Below are positions 33,805 to 46,917 of a DNA stretch of 46,917 bases, in pieces; position 1 is the first letter of the stretch; the number at the start of each line of letters is the position of its first letter. The translations under genes and the position numbers were made by a program. The DNA comes from Lama guanicoe (lineage: Eukaryota): positions 3,891,490 through 3,938,406 of the forward strand of contig MU053758.1 in assembly GCA_013239625.1 (NCBI GenBank). Direction: 5' to 3'. The notes beneath the pieces are model-generated. The model was not told where the DNA came from. It worked only from the letters and a program-made list of their open reading frames with translations, and searched no databases.

Positions 33805-33985
33805 ACTACTATGTGCCAAGAGTGAATTAAGTGCTTTCCTTACATGTTCTCATTTAATCTTACAACAACCCTACAAAGTAAGACTATTATTATCTCCACT
33901 TTACAGATGGGAAAACTGAGACACAGAGAGGTTATAAGAACCCAACCTGGGATCTGAACTCAGACAGCCCGACTCCATAGCCCAA
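33805..33985. mobile_element. MIR SINE
   Basis: MIR core attatctccactttacagatgggaaaactgagacacagagaggtt; other MIR cores near 11580, 16070, 36525 and 42970. Confidence 0.7.
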
Positions 33986-35183
33986 CCCCGACTCTGTGTC
34001 TCTCCCTTAACAATCAGGTAGAGACAACCTAGGTCTCTTTTCAACCCTGAAATCTCATGATTCTAATTATACCCTCATCCTCCCCAACAGAGGCAACTCT
34101 CCCATTACATGGGCAGGCAAATGGAGGCCCAGAGGGTCACCTAGTAGTATTCAGCAGATCAGAGGGAAAGTCAGGACTGCGGGTTTCAGAGAGCAGGAGG
34201 TGGGTTCTCAACTCAGACTCCAGGCTCCACCCTCTGGTGGATCTGAGAGTCCCACAAACAAATGCCCCGCGAGTATCCCAATGGCCCGGGGAGAGGGAGG
34301 CAGAGGTCCTATCCTCCAGTTAGTCGGGAAGGAGGGGACATCCACATGGCTTTCCCACCTGGATGCTGTACTTCAGCTACCAACACAATGCCTGGCCCTG
34401 CAAAGCCGAGCGGCCTCTGCCTGCTGCCAGGGAGCAGCTCCCCGGGAGCAGAGGCCGAACTCCACAGTGGCCCAGGCCACCACACCCTACCCTGCACCCT
34501 TCCCAGCTCCCACGGCTCACCACACTGCAACACTCAGGGCCCAGGAGGCACCTGCAGACAGCAGCTAGGACTGGATACTCCTCTCCCCCAGAGAGGCGGG
34601 TGCCCTGGGCTGGCTGGCATCCCCACCCCTGACTAAGCTCCATGCCTGACTAAGCGGTCACTCCACCACCCAGCCTTGGCCTATTTGCATATTGGGATAT
34701 GCCAGCCTGGTCTCCTCCCCGCCCCCCACAAGGAGCCCTCAGGCTTGAGAACTGCACCTCCTCTACCAGACCTAGGGTTCCCTGAGGGCTGGAGGTCTGC
34801 CTGCCCTTCAAACTCCTCCTGGACCAAAAGGACTGTGTCTCCCCCAGAGTCCATGGGCTCCCTGAGGGCAGCAGTGATGCCCCCGTATCACAAAGTTCAT
34901 GGAAAGCAAGGACAGTGCGTCTACCTTCAGACCGGAGGGCAGGGTCTATGCCTCCCCTCCATTCAAGACGTTCATGGAAGTGTAATCTGCCTCCCTCCCA
35001 GATGGGGGCGCCCGGAAGTAGCTGTGCCTCCTCCCTCAGACTCGTGAGTGTAAGAACAGGAACTGTGCCTCCCTCCTCAGACTGGGGGCCCCTTAAAGTC
35101 TGTCTGTTTTGACCCTGACTCCCTCCAGGGCCCAGCCTGGTTTTCTGCTGGAATATTCCCACAGAAGAGCCCCCAGGCCTGAC

Positions 35184-35391
35184 CTTGGCTCTGGGGCACC
35201 GCCTGGGTGTAGGTGGTGGTCTTCTTGAGCGTGTACTGGCGCCCGCAGGCCTCGTCCTCCTCCATGATGCCCTTGCTGCTGACCGAGGGCACGCAGGTGT
35301 TGGCCCCCGAGTGGATGCCCGAGTCATAGGTGTACGTCTGTTGCCACTCAGTCACCTTGATGGGTTGTTCAATCAGGTTCATCACCTCCAT
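35184..35391 (-). CDS. JUP: JUP exon 2 coding part (MEVMNLIEQPIKVTEWQQTYTYDSGIHSG...VPQSQ)
   Basis: Strong Kozak GCCACCATGG; DSGIHS degron at 35308-35325; exon starts 35399 after cccag|; G|gtcagg donor; 208 nt. With one copy of exons 3-4 the CDS is 2238 nt (745 aa). Confidence 0.97.
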
Positions 35392-38300
35392 GGTGGCTGC
35401 TGGGGACACAAAAGAGAGGCAGGAAATTAGCTGGCCCTGGTGGAGCATCCCATCACCTGGCGCAGTCCCCATTTTCAGCCTCTCCCCCACCCTGTCCATT
35501 GCCCCTTACCCCACCACAGTCCCAAGGGCCCCAGTGGGCTGTGGAGGAGGTGGGGTGGGAGGCAGAAAGGACCAATCCCAGGGAGGGACTGCCCAGGATG
35601 GGATGCCTGTGTGAGTCCTGGGCTTGGATCTCTGACCTCCAGCCCAGAGTGGGGCGAACCCCGGGGGGAGAGCAGCAGTGAAGGAGCAGATGCCCCAACC
35701 CAGCCCTGGGCTCCCTCTCCTGGCTGCCCCTGCCCAACACCCCCAGAGCAGGAGAAGGCACTCAGGGTCTCCAGTAGCTTCTGGGGTCTCACAGACCCAC
35801 CCCCATCCACTGGGGCCCCTTGGGAAAGGCTGCGGAGGTGAGGCAGCTACACCCCAGGCGCTGGGCAGGAAACCCAGTGGGGCAGGGAAGCAGTCAGACA
35901 GGTTTCCCCAGGGGCCCCAGGCTCCCTTAGAGACTCCAGGATCTCACTTTCCTGCAGATAGGACAGGATCCCAAGTGATTCAGAGGACCAGGCCCTGAGA
36001 CCCCCAACTCTCCAGCACTCCAGCTCCTGGAAGCCTTTCCCAGAATTCTGAGTCCCACTGACTAGGTCCAATCTCAAGACACATGCTACTGGGCAATTTC
36101 ACTGCTTTGCTGAACCTCCATCCTCATCTGTAAAACCTGGATTGGGGAGGGGATGGGAGGCCTACTGGCTTTGTAAAGGGCCCACGGTGCCTGGCACATA
36201 GTAGGTGTATACTGTTGATGGCCTTGGCCAAGTATCAGTAGTGCCTATCCCTAGGGTGCTTTCTCACCTCCTGGCCTCCTCGGGTGGGGCGGACCTCGGG
36301 TGATCACTGCTATTCAGAGACATGGAGGCACTTGAGGTTAATGAATAGCTGGGCCCGACTCTGTCCCAGGGAGGTGAATTCCCACTCGCTCTGTCCAGCT
36401 CCCCTGTGTTGGGAGCTGACCTCCAGAGTCTAGCAGCTGGGAGGAGAGGCAAGGGAAGCTGTCCCCAGTGAGGGCCTACCTGTCAGATCTTTCCCTCACA
36501 AGCGGTTTCAAAGCACCTGCTGTTCCCCATTTACAGATGGGGAAACTGAGGCTCCACCCAGCAAGGAGGCATAGCAGAGAAATGGCAGAGCCGGGACTAG
36601 GCCAAGGCATGAGTGACACCCGAGTCTGGCCTGTGAACACCCAGCGTGGCCTCAGAGAGCAGACAGACCCCAGGCTGGTCCACCCATGAGGCTGAGCAGC
36701 AGCACCTTGCACCTCAAACCCAGTGTCCTATCGCCCTGGGAGATAGAGTGAGGATGAGGCCAGAGTGGTAGGTGAGTCTAGCCCCACCCCAGGAACAAAG
36801 ATCACCAGGGATCTGTCTTCTGGGAGGGCCCAGTGCCAACCTCCAAGAGGATGATGAATGACCCTTCAGGTCTCCCTGCCTTTTATGGCAACACCGGCTC
36901 CTCCCTGGCCTGTGAGCACACCTGGAGCAGGCAGAGGCAGGAGCCAGACCAGCTCCCAGCAGTCTCCTTCCTCTCCTCCCATCAACCAGAGTGACTCAGA
37001 GTTTCAGGCTGATAAAACAGAAGCAGGCTCAGTGCCACCAGATGTGCCCAGCTGCTTTCCAGGCACTGGCCAAGCGTGGTTATTTTGGGGGAGCCCCCAC
37101 CCCCGCCTTAACCACACACTGCCCAGCATGCCTGCGTTTCCTGGAGAGAGGGAGACAGAGAATGCAAGAGAATTTGGGAGGAGAAAGCCAGTCACAGAGC
37201 AGCCCCCAGGGAGGAGAAAATTCAGGCAGGAGGCCTTGGACATGCAAGCACTGGAGGAGAAAGATGAAACCATCAGTATATACAGTTGCACTAACCCTGT
37301 AAATGCCACTGTGAGGCAGAGGGCTGAGCTGACATCTCCAACATCTGGGTGCTGAGCCAACATCTGGCCGCAAGCCTCAGTCAGACCCACTCAGGACAAA
37401 CTGTACATCTCCAGCCTTATCAGTAAAAACACCTCATCCAAGCCAGAAAAAGCCATTCCCCAAGTAGAGACTGCAATCTACCCCTGGCGCTTCTCAGCCA
37501 GAAGGGCGTGGGCCTTGCCTGGAACCTCACCATGTCCAAAGGGACCACCGAGGTCAAGGCTGGCCATAGGAGGGGCATCTCCTCTGCAGGCCCCTCACCA
37601 ACCCGCCAGCCTAGGCCTGGAGCCAAGAGAAGCTGAGGGCTGGACAGCTGCCCAGGGCCAGACAGAGGCCTCACGGAGGTCAAAGGATCCACAGCGGAGC
37701 GGGTGGGGGACAGTCGCCTTAACTATCTAATGAGTCTCATGCTTCCCTCGAAGCAATGTGGACTGGCATTTTATTATTCCCAGTTTCTAGGTGAGGAAGC
37801 AGGCTCCACGTGGAAAAACAGTGGTGCTGTTAAAATCCAGGTCCGCCTCGGGGCAGACCAGCCTCCAGCTGACCAGGCAGGGCTGCTGCCCTGGGGTCAA
37901 GGAGAGTCCACCAGATATCCTGCTGCAGAAGGGAGTGAGGGGCAAGTGGCAGCTGCTCTGAAGTCAGGAGTCCCGAGTTCCAGTCCCAGCTCCGCCACAA
38001 ACTTCCTGGGTATTCTTGGGTGACAACTTTCCCTCCCTGTGCTTTGTCTACAGAAAGGGTGGCCCAGGTGATCTCAGAGGCACGTTGACATTGAAGCTTC
38101 TAGGAATAAGGAATCAGAATTCCCATGACAGACAAGAGGCGGTTGAGGGTGGACAAGGTTAGAGGTGGAAAGAATTTCAGAAAGGATACACTCCAAAGCT
38201 CTTCTGGAAGAAAGGATGGTGGAGGGAGCTGATCCTGCCACAGAAAAGCTCTAAGTCAGATCTCATGCAGGAGTGTCAACCAGCCCCACCTTTCTCCTCA

Positions 38301-40857
38301 CCTACTCCCCAAGAGAACTAGGGGAATTCTCCCATAGTAACAAAAGTGCTGTTTTTACAGTTCCCAGGGTGGAGGGCGCCGCACCCAGTTTGGTCTCGTC
38401 CCTCTACACCCTGGACTGGGAGCAAGACCCGCCACAATGCCCCTGGACAGAGCCAGGGCAGGAGGAGGCAAGACAGACACGGGCCCTGCCCATGCACCCG
38501 GCTGGAGACAGGCACAGCCAGACACAGGACACAGGGCGGTGCTCTGAGTTGAATGGGGGTACTTTGTTTAGCAGCATGCTCTATTGTTGGCAACACAGGA
38601 GGAAGAAGCCAGCTCAGAGATCACAGGGTGGGGTGAAGGACCTCACAAGGGGCAGGAAGAGAGAAGACAGGGGCCCTGGAGAGGGTGTTCGAAGGACCCC
38701 TCCCCCACCGGTCCACACTGGCCAGCAATCTGCAAGCAAGCCATAAGGCTGCTTTGGGGCGGACCCTGCCCCGCACTCCTGGTTCCTCCTCTGCATGTCC
38801 CACCCAGCAGGATGGCACTGGGCACTCTAAATCCAAGACTGTCCTGGCAGACTGTGACCCAGCCGTGACATTAAAAAGAACTCCCACCAGAACTACATCA
38901 GGCTCTGGCCCCCGCCCGGACCCACCAGCAGTGACGGGCACAGCTGGGCTGGGCTGCAGGATGCCAAGTGTCAGTAAGACAGCTAGAAACTAGGACAGGA
39001 ATGGGCTGCCCAAGAGGCTTGCTGGGACCAGGCTCAGAAACATTGCATTAGAGGACAAGAAGGGCAGAGGGAGGGCCCTCCAGAAGTTCCTTGGGCCAGA
39101 GGCCAGCACCCTGTACAGACTCGGGATCATGCGCTCAGACAATGACAGAGGAAGGGGGCTGTGGGCAGGGCAGAGGAGTGTGGGGGTCAGGGGAGAGTCT
39201 CCATCCAGCCCCACCACTCAGTGACTGTGTGCCCTTGGTTAAGTCACGTGATTGCCGTAAACCTCATCTGTAAGGTGGAGACGATCAAGACACTCCTTTT
39301 TTTAGGCTGTTGTGTGAGTTGCACACAACTGTGACTGTGGAAGGTTCCTGTCAACAGTCAAGGCCCAGGCGAGTGCTCTTCTGTTAGAGAAGCAAAGAGG
39401 CAGAGGAGGCGGCCAGCAGAGATCGGCCTGGAGAGGTGGCCAGCAGCCAGCCTGCTTTTTGGGACCCAGTACCTAGGCCAAGACCCAGCCTTCCTTTCCC
39501 TGACCCTCTCCAATGAGGGCTAGGAGGGGAGCTGCCTCCTGGCCCTAGGCCAGAGCCCCTGGGGCAGGGTGGGGATGTGGTTGGGGAGGACCAGTTATGT
39601 CCAGGTCCTGGGAGGAGAGGCCAGGTGGAGATACTGCACTGCCCCTCTCCCTGGTCACGTGAGCTGCCTTCTGCAGCCAGGGGGCGGGCAGGCCAGTCGG
39701 GCCTGGACATTCCCCACATAGCAGCCCCATGGGAGAGGCTGGGCTCAGCCAGTCACCAGCCCCAACCCTTCCCTACTCTGTCTCTGACTCCAGCAGAGAT
39801 TTGGCCAGCAGTCCCAAGCACAGATGGACAGACTCTAGAGAAGTACAGAAACAGACATGACTGCTTCCCTTGAGAGCCATGTCTCCCCCATCAGGCTGGG
39901 ACTTCCCAGCTAGGCCTCTCCCCTCAGACTGGTGGCTCTAGGACAAAACCCCCTGCAGGCTAGAGGTTCCTTGCCAGAGACTGTGGTCTCCCCCATCAGA
40001 CTGGTCATTCCGAAAGGGCAGAGACTGAAGTGGGCGCCATGCATGGCCAGGGCCCTGGGGACGGGATAAGACACAAGCCCATCCGGAGCTTCCGGAGGAA
40101 ACCCCTCACTTCCGGTCTGGAGGACAGCCCCAGCTGGGGCCGGGGACTGGCTGGGGGTGGGGGAGACTCAGGTCAGACCGACCCAGCTGCTATTTGTTTT
40201 CCTCCTTCTGGGCTCCTTCCCAAAGCAAACAAACCAGGGTGGGAAAATGAAGGAGACTTGGAGGAGAGGGAAATACCCAGCCAGGTGGCTCGACCCAGGG
40301 AAGAGGGCTCCAGCTGGAGCTCCGTTGCCTGCCGGTGACCCTGTGCCGGCAAAAAATCCCAATCTGGCAGATGACCCCAAATTGGAACTCCTAGGAATGG
40401 AAAAAATGCTCTACCAGCCTCGGGAAACAACAGCAAAGGACTGATTTGTGTCGGTAATGGTGACATATCTCAATACACAAGTGCCCAGTATCCCCATTCA
40501 ACCACACCGAGCGGGGCTGGGGGAACCCTGACCCCAGGTGGTGTCCACTCCTCAGGTATGGCTGGCCAGTTTCATCCTGCAGGGATCGCCGCTGGGCCCT
40601 CTCCTGGGAAAGAGGGACAACTCAACTTTCAGTTCCCTGTGGAGAAACTAGGATTTGGATAAAGGTTTGGTCAATATTTGTTACTGTATAGAGAGTGGGG
40701 GATCATCAAGATGGAGACTGAGGAAAAGGGGGATGCTAAGAGAAGAGAAATAAATGTGGTGGTAGTTGCCTCAACGGAATGGGATTATGGGTGATTTTTT
40801 TTTTCTCTTCTCTCATAAACTTTCCTAAACTCTACAACTGTTTTGTAAAATGATTAT

Positions 40858-40992
40858 GGCGGGAGGATATAGCTCAGTGGTAGAGGGCATGCATGAGGTC
40901 CTGGGTTCAATCCCCAGTACCTCCACTAAAATAAAGAAGTAAATAAAGAAACCTAATTACCACCCCCTAAAAAGAAATAATTTTTTTAAAAA
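40858..40992 (+). mobile_element. tRNA-derived SINE (Vic-1-like)
   Basis: gggaggatatagctcagtggtagag...gggttcaatcccc; flanking repeat taaaatgat at 40846-40854 and 40993-41001. Confidence 0.88.
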
Positions 40993-43900
40993 TAAAATGA
41001 TCAGATGTTACTTTTTCAACCAAGTGGGGGTGGTGGTCCATGTAGTGCAACCTCCACCTCACCCCCAAAAAAGCAATGTATTGATTGTCCAGCCCCACCC
41101 ATTTCTCCTGTGTCCCTGCCACTCGCCAGACACAAGAATCAACTGTCCCCACAGGGGGAAAGAAAGCAGACCTGTTAACGCACATTCTGCAGGTCATGGA
41201 AAGCTGAGCCTAGCTTCCTGCCTTGAGCCTCCAAAGGCTAAGAAGCCAGGAGGCTGAGCAAAGGGGAGTGGTCAGTTTTCTCTTCAGCTTGGCCAAGGAA
41301 GTTGCTGGAAACTGGGGCAGTCTGTGCCTCTCAGACCTCCACCAGATCCAACCGTGTCCCAGGAGGGAGCTTCGTAGTGTCGCTTACAGGAACACCAACC
41401 CGGATGACCTGTCCCAGACACAATGCTCTTTCTCTTCACAGGGGTCACAGGGCCAGAGGCTCCAGGCTATCTGCCCCTCACATCCAGGTCTCTCCTTCCA
41501 AAAGACACAAGACTGAGATGTTTCTCCCCAGGGACCCCAACAGATTTCAGACTTGCCCCCAAAGGTAGTGGATTTCTGCCTGCCCTCTCTCCCGAGTCAG
41601 GCTGGCCCTCCCCCAGGTCACAGGGATGGGGCCCTGCTCCATCCTCTTCAGAGAAAAGCTGGCTCTGAGCCTCCATCAGCATCTCTCTCCTACTCTTCAA
41701 CATCTCCTCTCTCACAGGCAGTAAGTCCTTCCTCCAGTCTAGCCTCCACTCCTTCCAAAACAGTCCCAATTGCTCTTGTGTCCTGTCCTCAGGGTTGTTG
41801 GAAAACCACAAACCCGTCACCCTCTTCAGAGCCATCAGCCAGGACTGAGTTATTCGAGCTATTCTGTCACAGCAAGTCCCCTCAGCCTTCTCGAGGATCA
41901 ATAATCCCCATGCTGGGGTCCCCTCCTTACCCTCAGGGGATCCAGAAGCCCAGTGCTGATAGGCTCTGTACCCAGACTGATACACACAGAGGCCCATGCT
42001 GGTGTCAGGTGCCCAGTTGGCAGACGTACCAGAGCCAGGCAGGTCTGAGAGGACAGTGACACCAGCCCCTCCCTCGAGGACCAAGGCTCTGCTGACCCCA
42101 CCCCCATCACCAGAAAGGCTCTCTCAGCAGAAAGAAACCTACTCCCAGCCCTCAGGGCTCCCAGCCCCAAAGCAGAGGGTTGCCAGTTCCCCGCCCAAGA
42201 GCAGCCTGGCAGCCTTGACTGGTAGAGTCCTGTAGGGCAGTGGCCCAGGCCTAAATCTGACTTTCATTTCTCTCCACACCCCAGGGAACAGGACCCCCTC
42301 CTTTTATCTTGGCACAGCCCCAAGCCCCCAACAAATCAGACAACTCCCACTTCCTATGCAGGGACAAGCCCAGAACAGTCCATGGTTCTGCCCAGCTCAA
42401 GCCAGGCGAAGACAACAGCTTTGACTTCTGCCCTCCTCTCCCAGCCACAACCTCCTCCACACATCCGCCACAGCCCCTGGCCCTGGGGACACAGCCCCCT
42501 CCACCAAGAACCAAAAACCAAGGCATGGGGGAGGTTTCAGAGGGCTGGAGGCTGGGATATGAGTCACCCCCACCTGACAAACCTGCCCCCACCATCACCA
42601 CCCACACACACCATCCTGGGCCCTTTTGAATTATCTTCTCCCCAAATTCCCAAGCAGAGACTGTCAAAAAGGGATGGCAGAAATTCTTCCCAGAGCCACA
42701 GTAGGGTGGTATAGCAGGTCAGACTCTGGGCTTGGAGCCAAAAGACCCAAACGCCAGCCTTGGCCCTCCTTGGGTCTTGCTGTGCAACCTTGGGCAAGTG
42801 ACTTAACTTCCCTGAGTTTCAATTTCCTCACCTGTGGAATGAGGTAATGATACTCGAGGGGTGGTCATAAGCGAGGGATGGTCATAAGGATTAAGCGAGA
42901 ACAGTTAATGAAAGTGCATGGAATCTGAAAAGCCATCCCTTGCTTTTTAAGTTACCATTTATTTGATATCATTATTCCCATTTTGCCAAGGAGGTACTGA
43001 GGCTCAGAGAGGTAAGGTGACTTGACCAAGGCCACACAGATAATGAGTGACAGAGCTAAGAATCAAACCTAGCTCAGTCCAAGCCTAAATCCCATCTCTC
43101 CAAATAAACAGCCCTTCTGTGTATGAGTCAATTGCCCCATTTCATTCTAAGGTAGCTCTTCTTCCCAATCCCTCCCAGTCTCTGAGGAGAGACCCTCCCT
43201 ACCCCCCAACCCCGCGGCAAGCAATGGTACCTGCCCCATAGTTACCTCCTTCGTTCCCATGAGCTGCAATCCTCAAAGCCTCAGCCCTGGCAGCCCAAAC
43301 AGAGGTTCCAGAGGGAATAGGGTGTAACTGGGGCTCGGGGTGGGGCGGGGTGGAGGGTGCTAATGTCACCCAAGCTGGGGCCTGATCTATTAAGAAATGA
43401 CTAATTGGATCATACCTTTTTTTCTCCCTCCAGTCCAGTAAGTAGCCAGTTTGCACCTCCTAGCAACCTTCTGGGTATTATCTTTTCATTGCCACAAACC
43501 AGATTAGTTAAACGAATCATTTAACCAGAGTAATTACAATGCCTTCCCCTCCTCCACTTTGGCAGAGAAGAGGGAAAACAGGTTATTTCACCCAAATTCC
43601 ATGCCCTTGTGACTCCCCAGAGGTACGTACCACCCACCAGAGCAGAAGAGGGATAAGGTTCCATCCTGACTCTCCCCTGACCCAGGGCGGAGCCTGACTC
43701 CAGCCCAGGACACTCCTTGTGGATGGTCTGCCCTCTGCCCCACTCTCCAATCTACAGCCACAGTGGAGCTGTAGGGCGGTGGGGTCTTCCCAAGTGACTC
43801 AGGGCAAGCAACCTGATTCCCCCAATCTTGCCCTCACCCCAGGAATGAGGGAGCACCTGGCTCTTACATTCCCCTCTTCTCCCCAAAGAGGCCAGAGAAG

Positions 43901-44649
43901 GGGCTCTTAGGAAATTGGAGGGTCGGGCAAAGGGCTAACACAGTTTTGCCTGAAACCTTCCCCCCCAGAAGCCTTCCTTCTGTCCCACTTTCCCCATCAG
44001 GAAAGGGGGTGGGAAAGGAAAGGACTGCAGAAGACTCCAGAAGGAATGCACCTTCAAAACCCAGAAATCAAATGGAAATCCAGCCCCGTCGCTCCAACTC
44101 TTCAGCCTCAATTACTAGGCAACTAAATAATGCGGGGGATGGGACGGGGAAAAAAAAAAAAAGACCAGAACAATCGCTCCCCCCCTCAGTCAGTTTGGCC
44201 GAGCCCTGCCCCACCCCCATTCCTGGGGAGGGGGGCAGAACTCGGGAGAGCGCCTCTAAGGCAGGCCTCCTGCGAGGGGGTGTGGTGGTCCCCGGAGGCA
44301 GGAAGAGAAGGAAGAAGCTGCTTCCCCTTTGGCCCATCCCCCAGACCCCTGCCCCCACCTCAGGCCCCAGGGGCCCGACAAACAGGATGGAGGTGGGGGC
44401 GGGGAGGACGGGGTCAGAGCGCCGGCTCTGAACCAGGTTCAGCGTGGTCGGCTAGGGGAAGGGGCTCTGCCCCAAGAAGGACCCCGTCAACCTGGGAGAA
44501 GCGCAGGGCAAGGAGGCAGGAAAACCCCCAGAGAAAGCTGCCGTGAGTACTTCCTCCTGGAAAGTTTGTTTTGGGTGATTTTTTCCGCCAAGAAGAGGTT
44601 AGAGAGGATGAGTAGTCCTGTTCCCATATCAACACTCTGAAAGCCGCAG

Positions 44650-45850
44650 CTACTGGAAGCAGGGCGGGCGACCCCTCCGCCCAGACCCCAGTCCGAGCCA
44701 CGGGTGCCAGCCACCGGCTGGTTGGCGGAGCGGAGCCCTACACCAATCCCACTTCCATCCCATTCCGCCTCTGCTGGCCCAGCCGTAGCCCGGCACCCAC
44801 CGGAGCGGAGCGGAGGGAGGCGCCGCAGGTACTGTCCCGACCCGGCTCTGAGAACTGGAGGACAGAGCCTCTAGACTCCGTCTGCTCACCTGCTCGGCAG
44901 GTGGGGCCCGCGTCGCTGGGAAAATGTGCTCTCAGCCCCCACAGTTGGGCAAGCCGGGCGCAGACAATAGGGCCCCACCCAGGCCCCGGGGAGTAGAGAG
45001 GGAGGGAAAGCGAGGATGACGCGTGAGGTGGGGTGAGGGTGGCCCCGAAGAGACCAGCGGCAGCAAGTTTCCCAAACAGTAAATTCCTGACTTCAGAGTG
45101 AGCCCCGGAACTCAGGCGTAGCAGGTTAAATGTGTTCCCTGCAAGAGTCAGGGCCAGAGTCAGGGACTCGGCGTCAGGCGAGCTTCGCCTCCCTGGGGGA
45201 GGCGCGACCCCGGAGGCACCTGCCTTGACCCCACCCGGCCCTTTTCAGACTCGGGACCTTCGGGCCCCCAAGTGCGCTCTGCTCGAACCTCGCGCCCCCT
45301 TACTAGCCGCGCCCAGGACCCCAGCGCGCCCCCTACAGCCGGTGCAGTATGGCGCTCCCTGATTCCCTCCCTCACCTGCCCGGAGACGCGGGGATGGGCC
45401 TCTCCGCCACTCGCCAGCCTTCCCTCGCCCCAGCGATACCTGCTCCGATCGTCCGCACCTGCGTGTGGAGCCTGGCCGGGCTGGGTAGGGGTCGGGCCGG
45501 GATGGGAGCCGGCGCGGGCTGCAAACTGAGCTCGGCGCGCTCGGGCGGCGGCTGCTCCGGACTCTGGCCAAGGCAGCAACTCAGTAACCGAACAAAAGGC
45601 GAAGGGACCTGACAGCCAAGCCACGCCTCTCGCCCCTCGAAGCTCCGCCCCCAAGGGAGACGCCCACCCAGTGATGTGGGCTCACTGGCTGCCTCGCCTG
45701 ACTGTTGCATCGAGGGGCGGAGCCTCGTGCACAGTCCTCTCTCACCGACGCCTCTGTTTATCCGCTGGCCATTGGCCCCAGGGAATGCCACTCGGCCCTG
45801 GGGACGGTCTCCAACTTGATATTCCTCCTAATTCCGCACCTATTGGCAGA
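44650..45850 (-). promoter_or_regulatory. JUP: JUP CpG-island promoter, TATA-less, with GC boxes and CCAAT boxes
   Basis: GC boxes at 45643-45652 and 45714-45722; CCAAT on minus at 45771-45775 and 45842-45846. Confidence 0.8.
45459..45570 (-). other. JUP: JUP non-coding exon 1 (5' end approximate)
   Basis: agagtccggagcagccgccgcccga...gagctcagtt resembles the recalled human JUP 5' UTR; ends CAG|gtgcgg; lies in a CpG island. Confidence 0.8.
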
Positions 45851-46917
45851 TAGAAGGTTACTTCCTCCTGGTTGGACAAAGAACTGTCAGTAAGACTAAG
45901 AAAAGAACCAGTGGAAAGGATGGGGTGTGTCTTGCCCCACCCTACCTCCAAGCAGGTGAGACTGATGACTCTCCCCCCTACCTGTCCAACAGGTGAGTCA
46001 GGGGGCGCCATGGGAAAGAGCAGACGCCTTCACTGGCCAGCCAACTTAGCGTCAGGCATGTTGCTTCTTTGGGCTTATTCACCCTTGCTGCAAAGTGGTA
46101 ATAACATATTTGTATAGCATTTCATAGGCATTTTTCTGGATTGGACTTTTTTTTTCACCAAAGATGGAGTGATCATGAGATTTAGAATTAGAAGGCTTGG
46201 ATTTGGCTTCTGCTGTTTAGTAGCTATATGATCTTAGGCAAGTTACTTGTCTTTCACCCTGTTTCTCCACATCTGTAAAATGGGTACATTAACTCTCATG
46301 GGGGTGAAGGGAGATTTGTGAAATCATTTGGACAACTGCTAAATGTTAGAATTTAAATTAATGATATGAGGTTTTTTTTTTTAATTCTCATGACAGTTCT
46401 GGAACACTATTAGGGCAACAAAATGATCCTCCTTTCAAAGATGAGGAAACAGCTTCAGAGAGGTCACAAAACTATAAAATGGCATATCTTAAACCAGAAC
46501 CCCTTTCTCTTATAATTTCAAGGCCCACCAAACTTCATGTTCTCCTGGTGGAATAACAGCACAGACACAAAATGTCAAAGCAGTGGGGAGGGGCTGGAGA
46601 CAAGGTGAAAACAAATATTCTGGGGAGAGACAGAAGAGAAATGATTTGTGACAGAGAAAGTATTGGTGGGACAAAAATCAGGCAGCAGATCTAAAGGAAA
46701 TCAACACTGGCATAAAAGAAGCGGGGCAGCGGGCCCCTCAGTAGTGGAAGATACTGGGGGAGTAATCAGAAAGAGCTTCCCAATAGACGAGGATCTTTCC
46801 TTTCTGTGGTTGATGAAATGAATGTCTGCTGGTGGCTGTACAGCGTGCTAAGGGTCTTACAGATATTTATTCATCAACACATAAGTATTGAGCACCAGCT
46901 GTATGCTAGGTACTGGA

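Noticed and set aside
34225..34240. Additional CTCF-like motif CCACCAGAGGGTGG on minus
   Set aside because: Mismatch at the conserved GGC position; too weak without binding data.
43330..43357. G-quadruplex motifs (also 2400-2420)
   Set aside because: Real patterns but very common in this GC-rich region; no specific support for function.
35400..44600. Many 60-205 aa ORFs in JUP intron 1
   Set aside because: Overlapping, on both strands, low-complexity P/G/S/W-rich with no recognisable domain; expected in GC-rich intronic DNA.

Overview
Mammalian genomic window with two minus-strand genes in the known HAP1-JUP syntenic order. It holds the 5' part of HAP1 (huntingtin-associated protein 1; TATA promoter near 5860, ten clear coding exons plus a probable 39-nt eleventh, running off the left edge) and the complete JUP gene (junction plakoglobin/gamma-catenin; non-coding exon 1 near 45.5 kb, 13 coding exons summing to 2238 nt = 745 aa + stop, poly(A) signal at 18181-18186). 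The young tRNA-derived SINEs resemble the camelid Vic-1 family, so the source is probably a camelid (inference). The most striking feature is a near-identical 2192-bp tandem duplication of JUP exons 3-4 (28731-30921 / 30923-33112) containing a 75-N gap. Using both copies would frameshift JUP, and the pattern favours a haplotype or assembly artefact, although the junction shows microhomology. Other observations include clustered substitutions in the conserved HAP1_N motif, HAP1 splice-site turnover, a possible 45-nt intron, an orphan NRF1/ETS/RFX promoter-like element between convergent CTCF motifs, a TSD-flanked chimeric L1 transduction-like insert in JUP intron 4, a twin-primed inverted L1 and nested TEs. 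I see no evidence of a wholly new gene system. Comparisons to human, mouse and repeat consensus sequences are from memory and need database confirmation.
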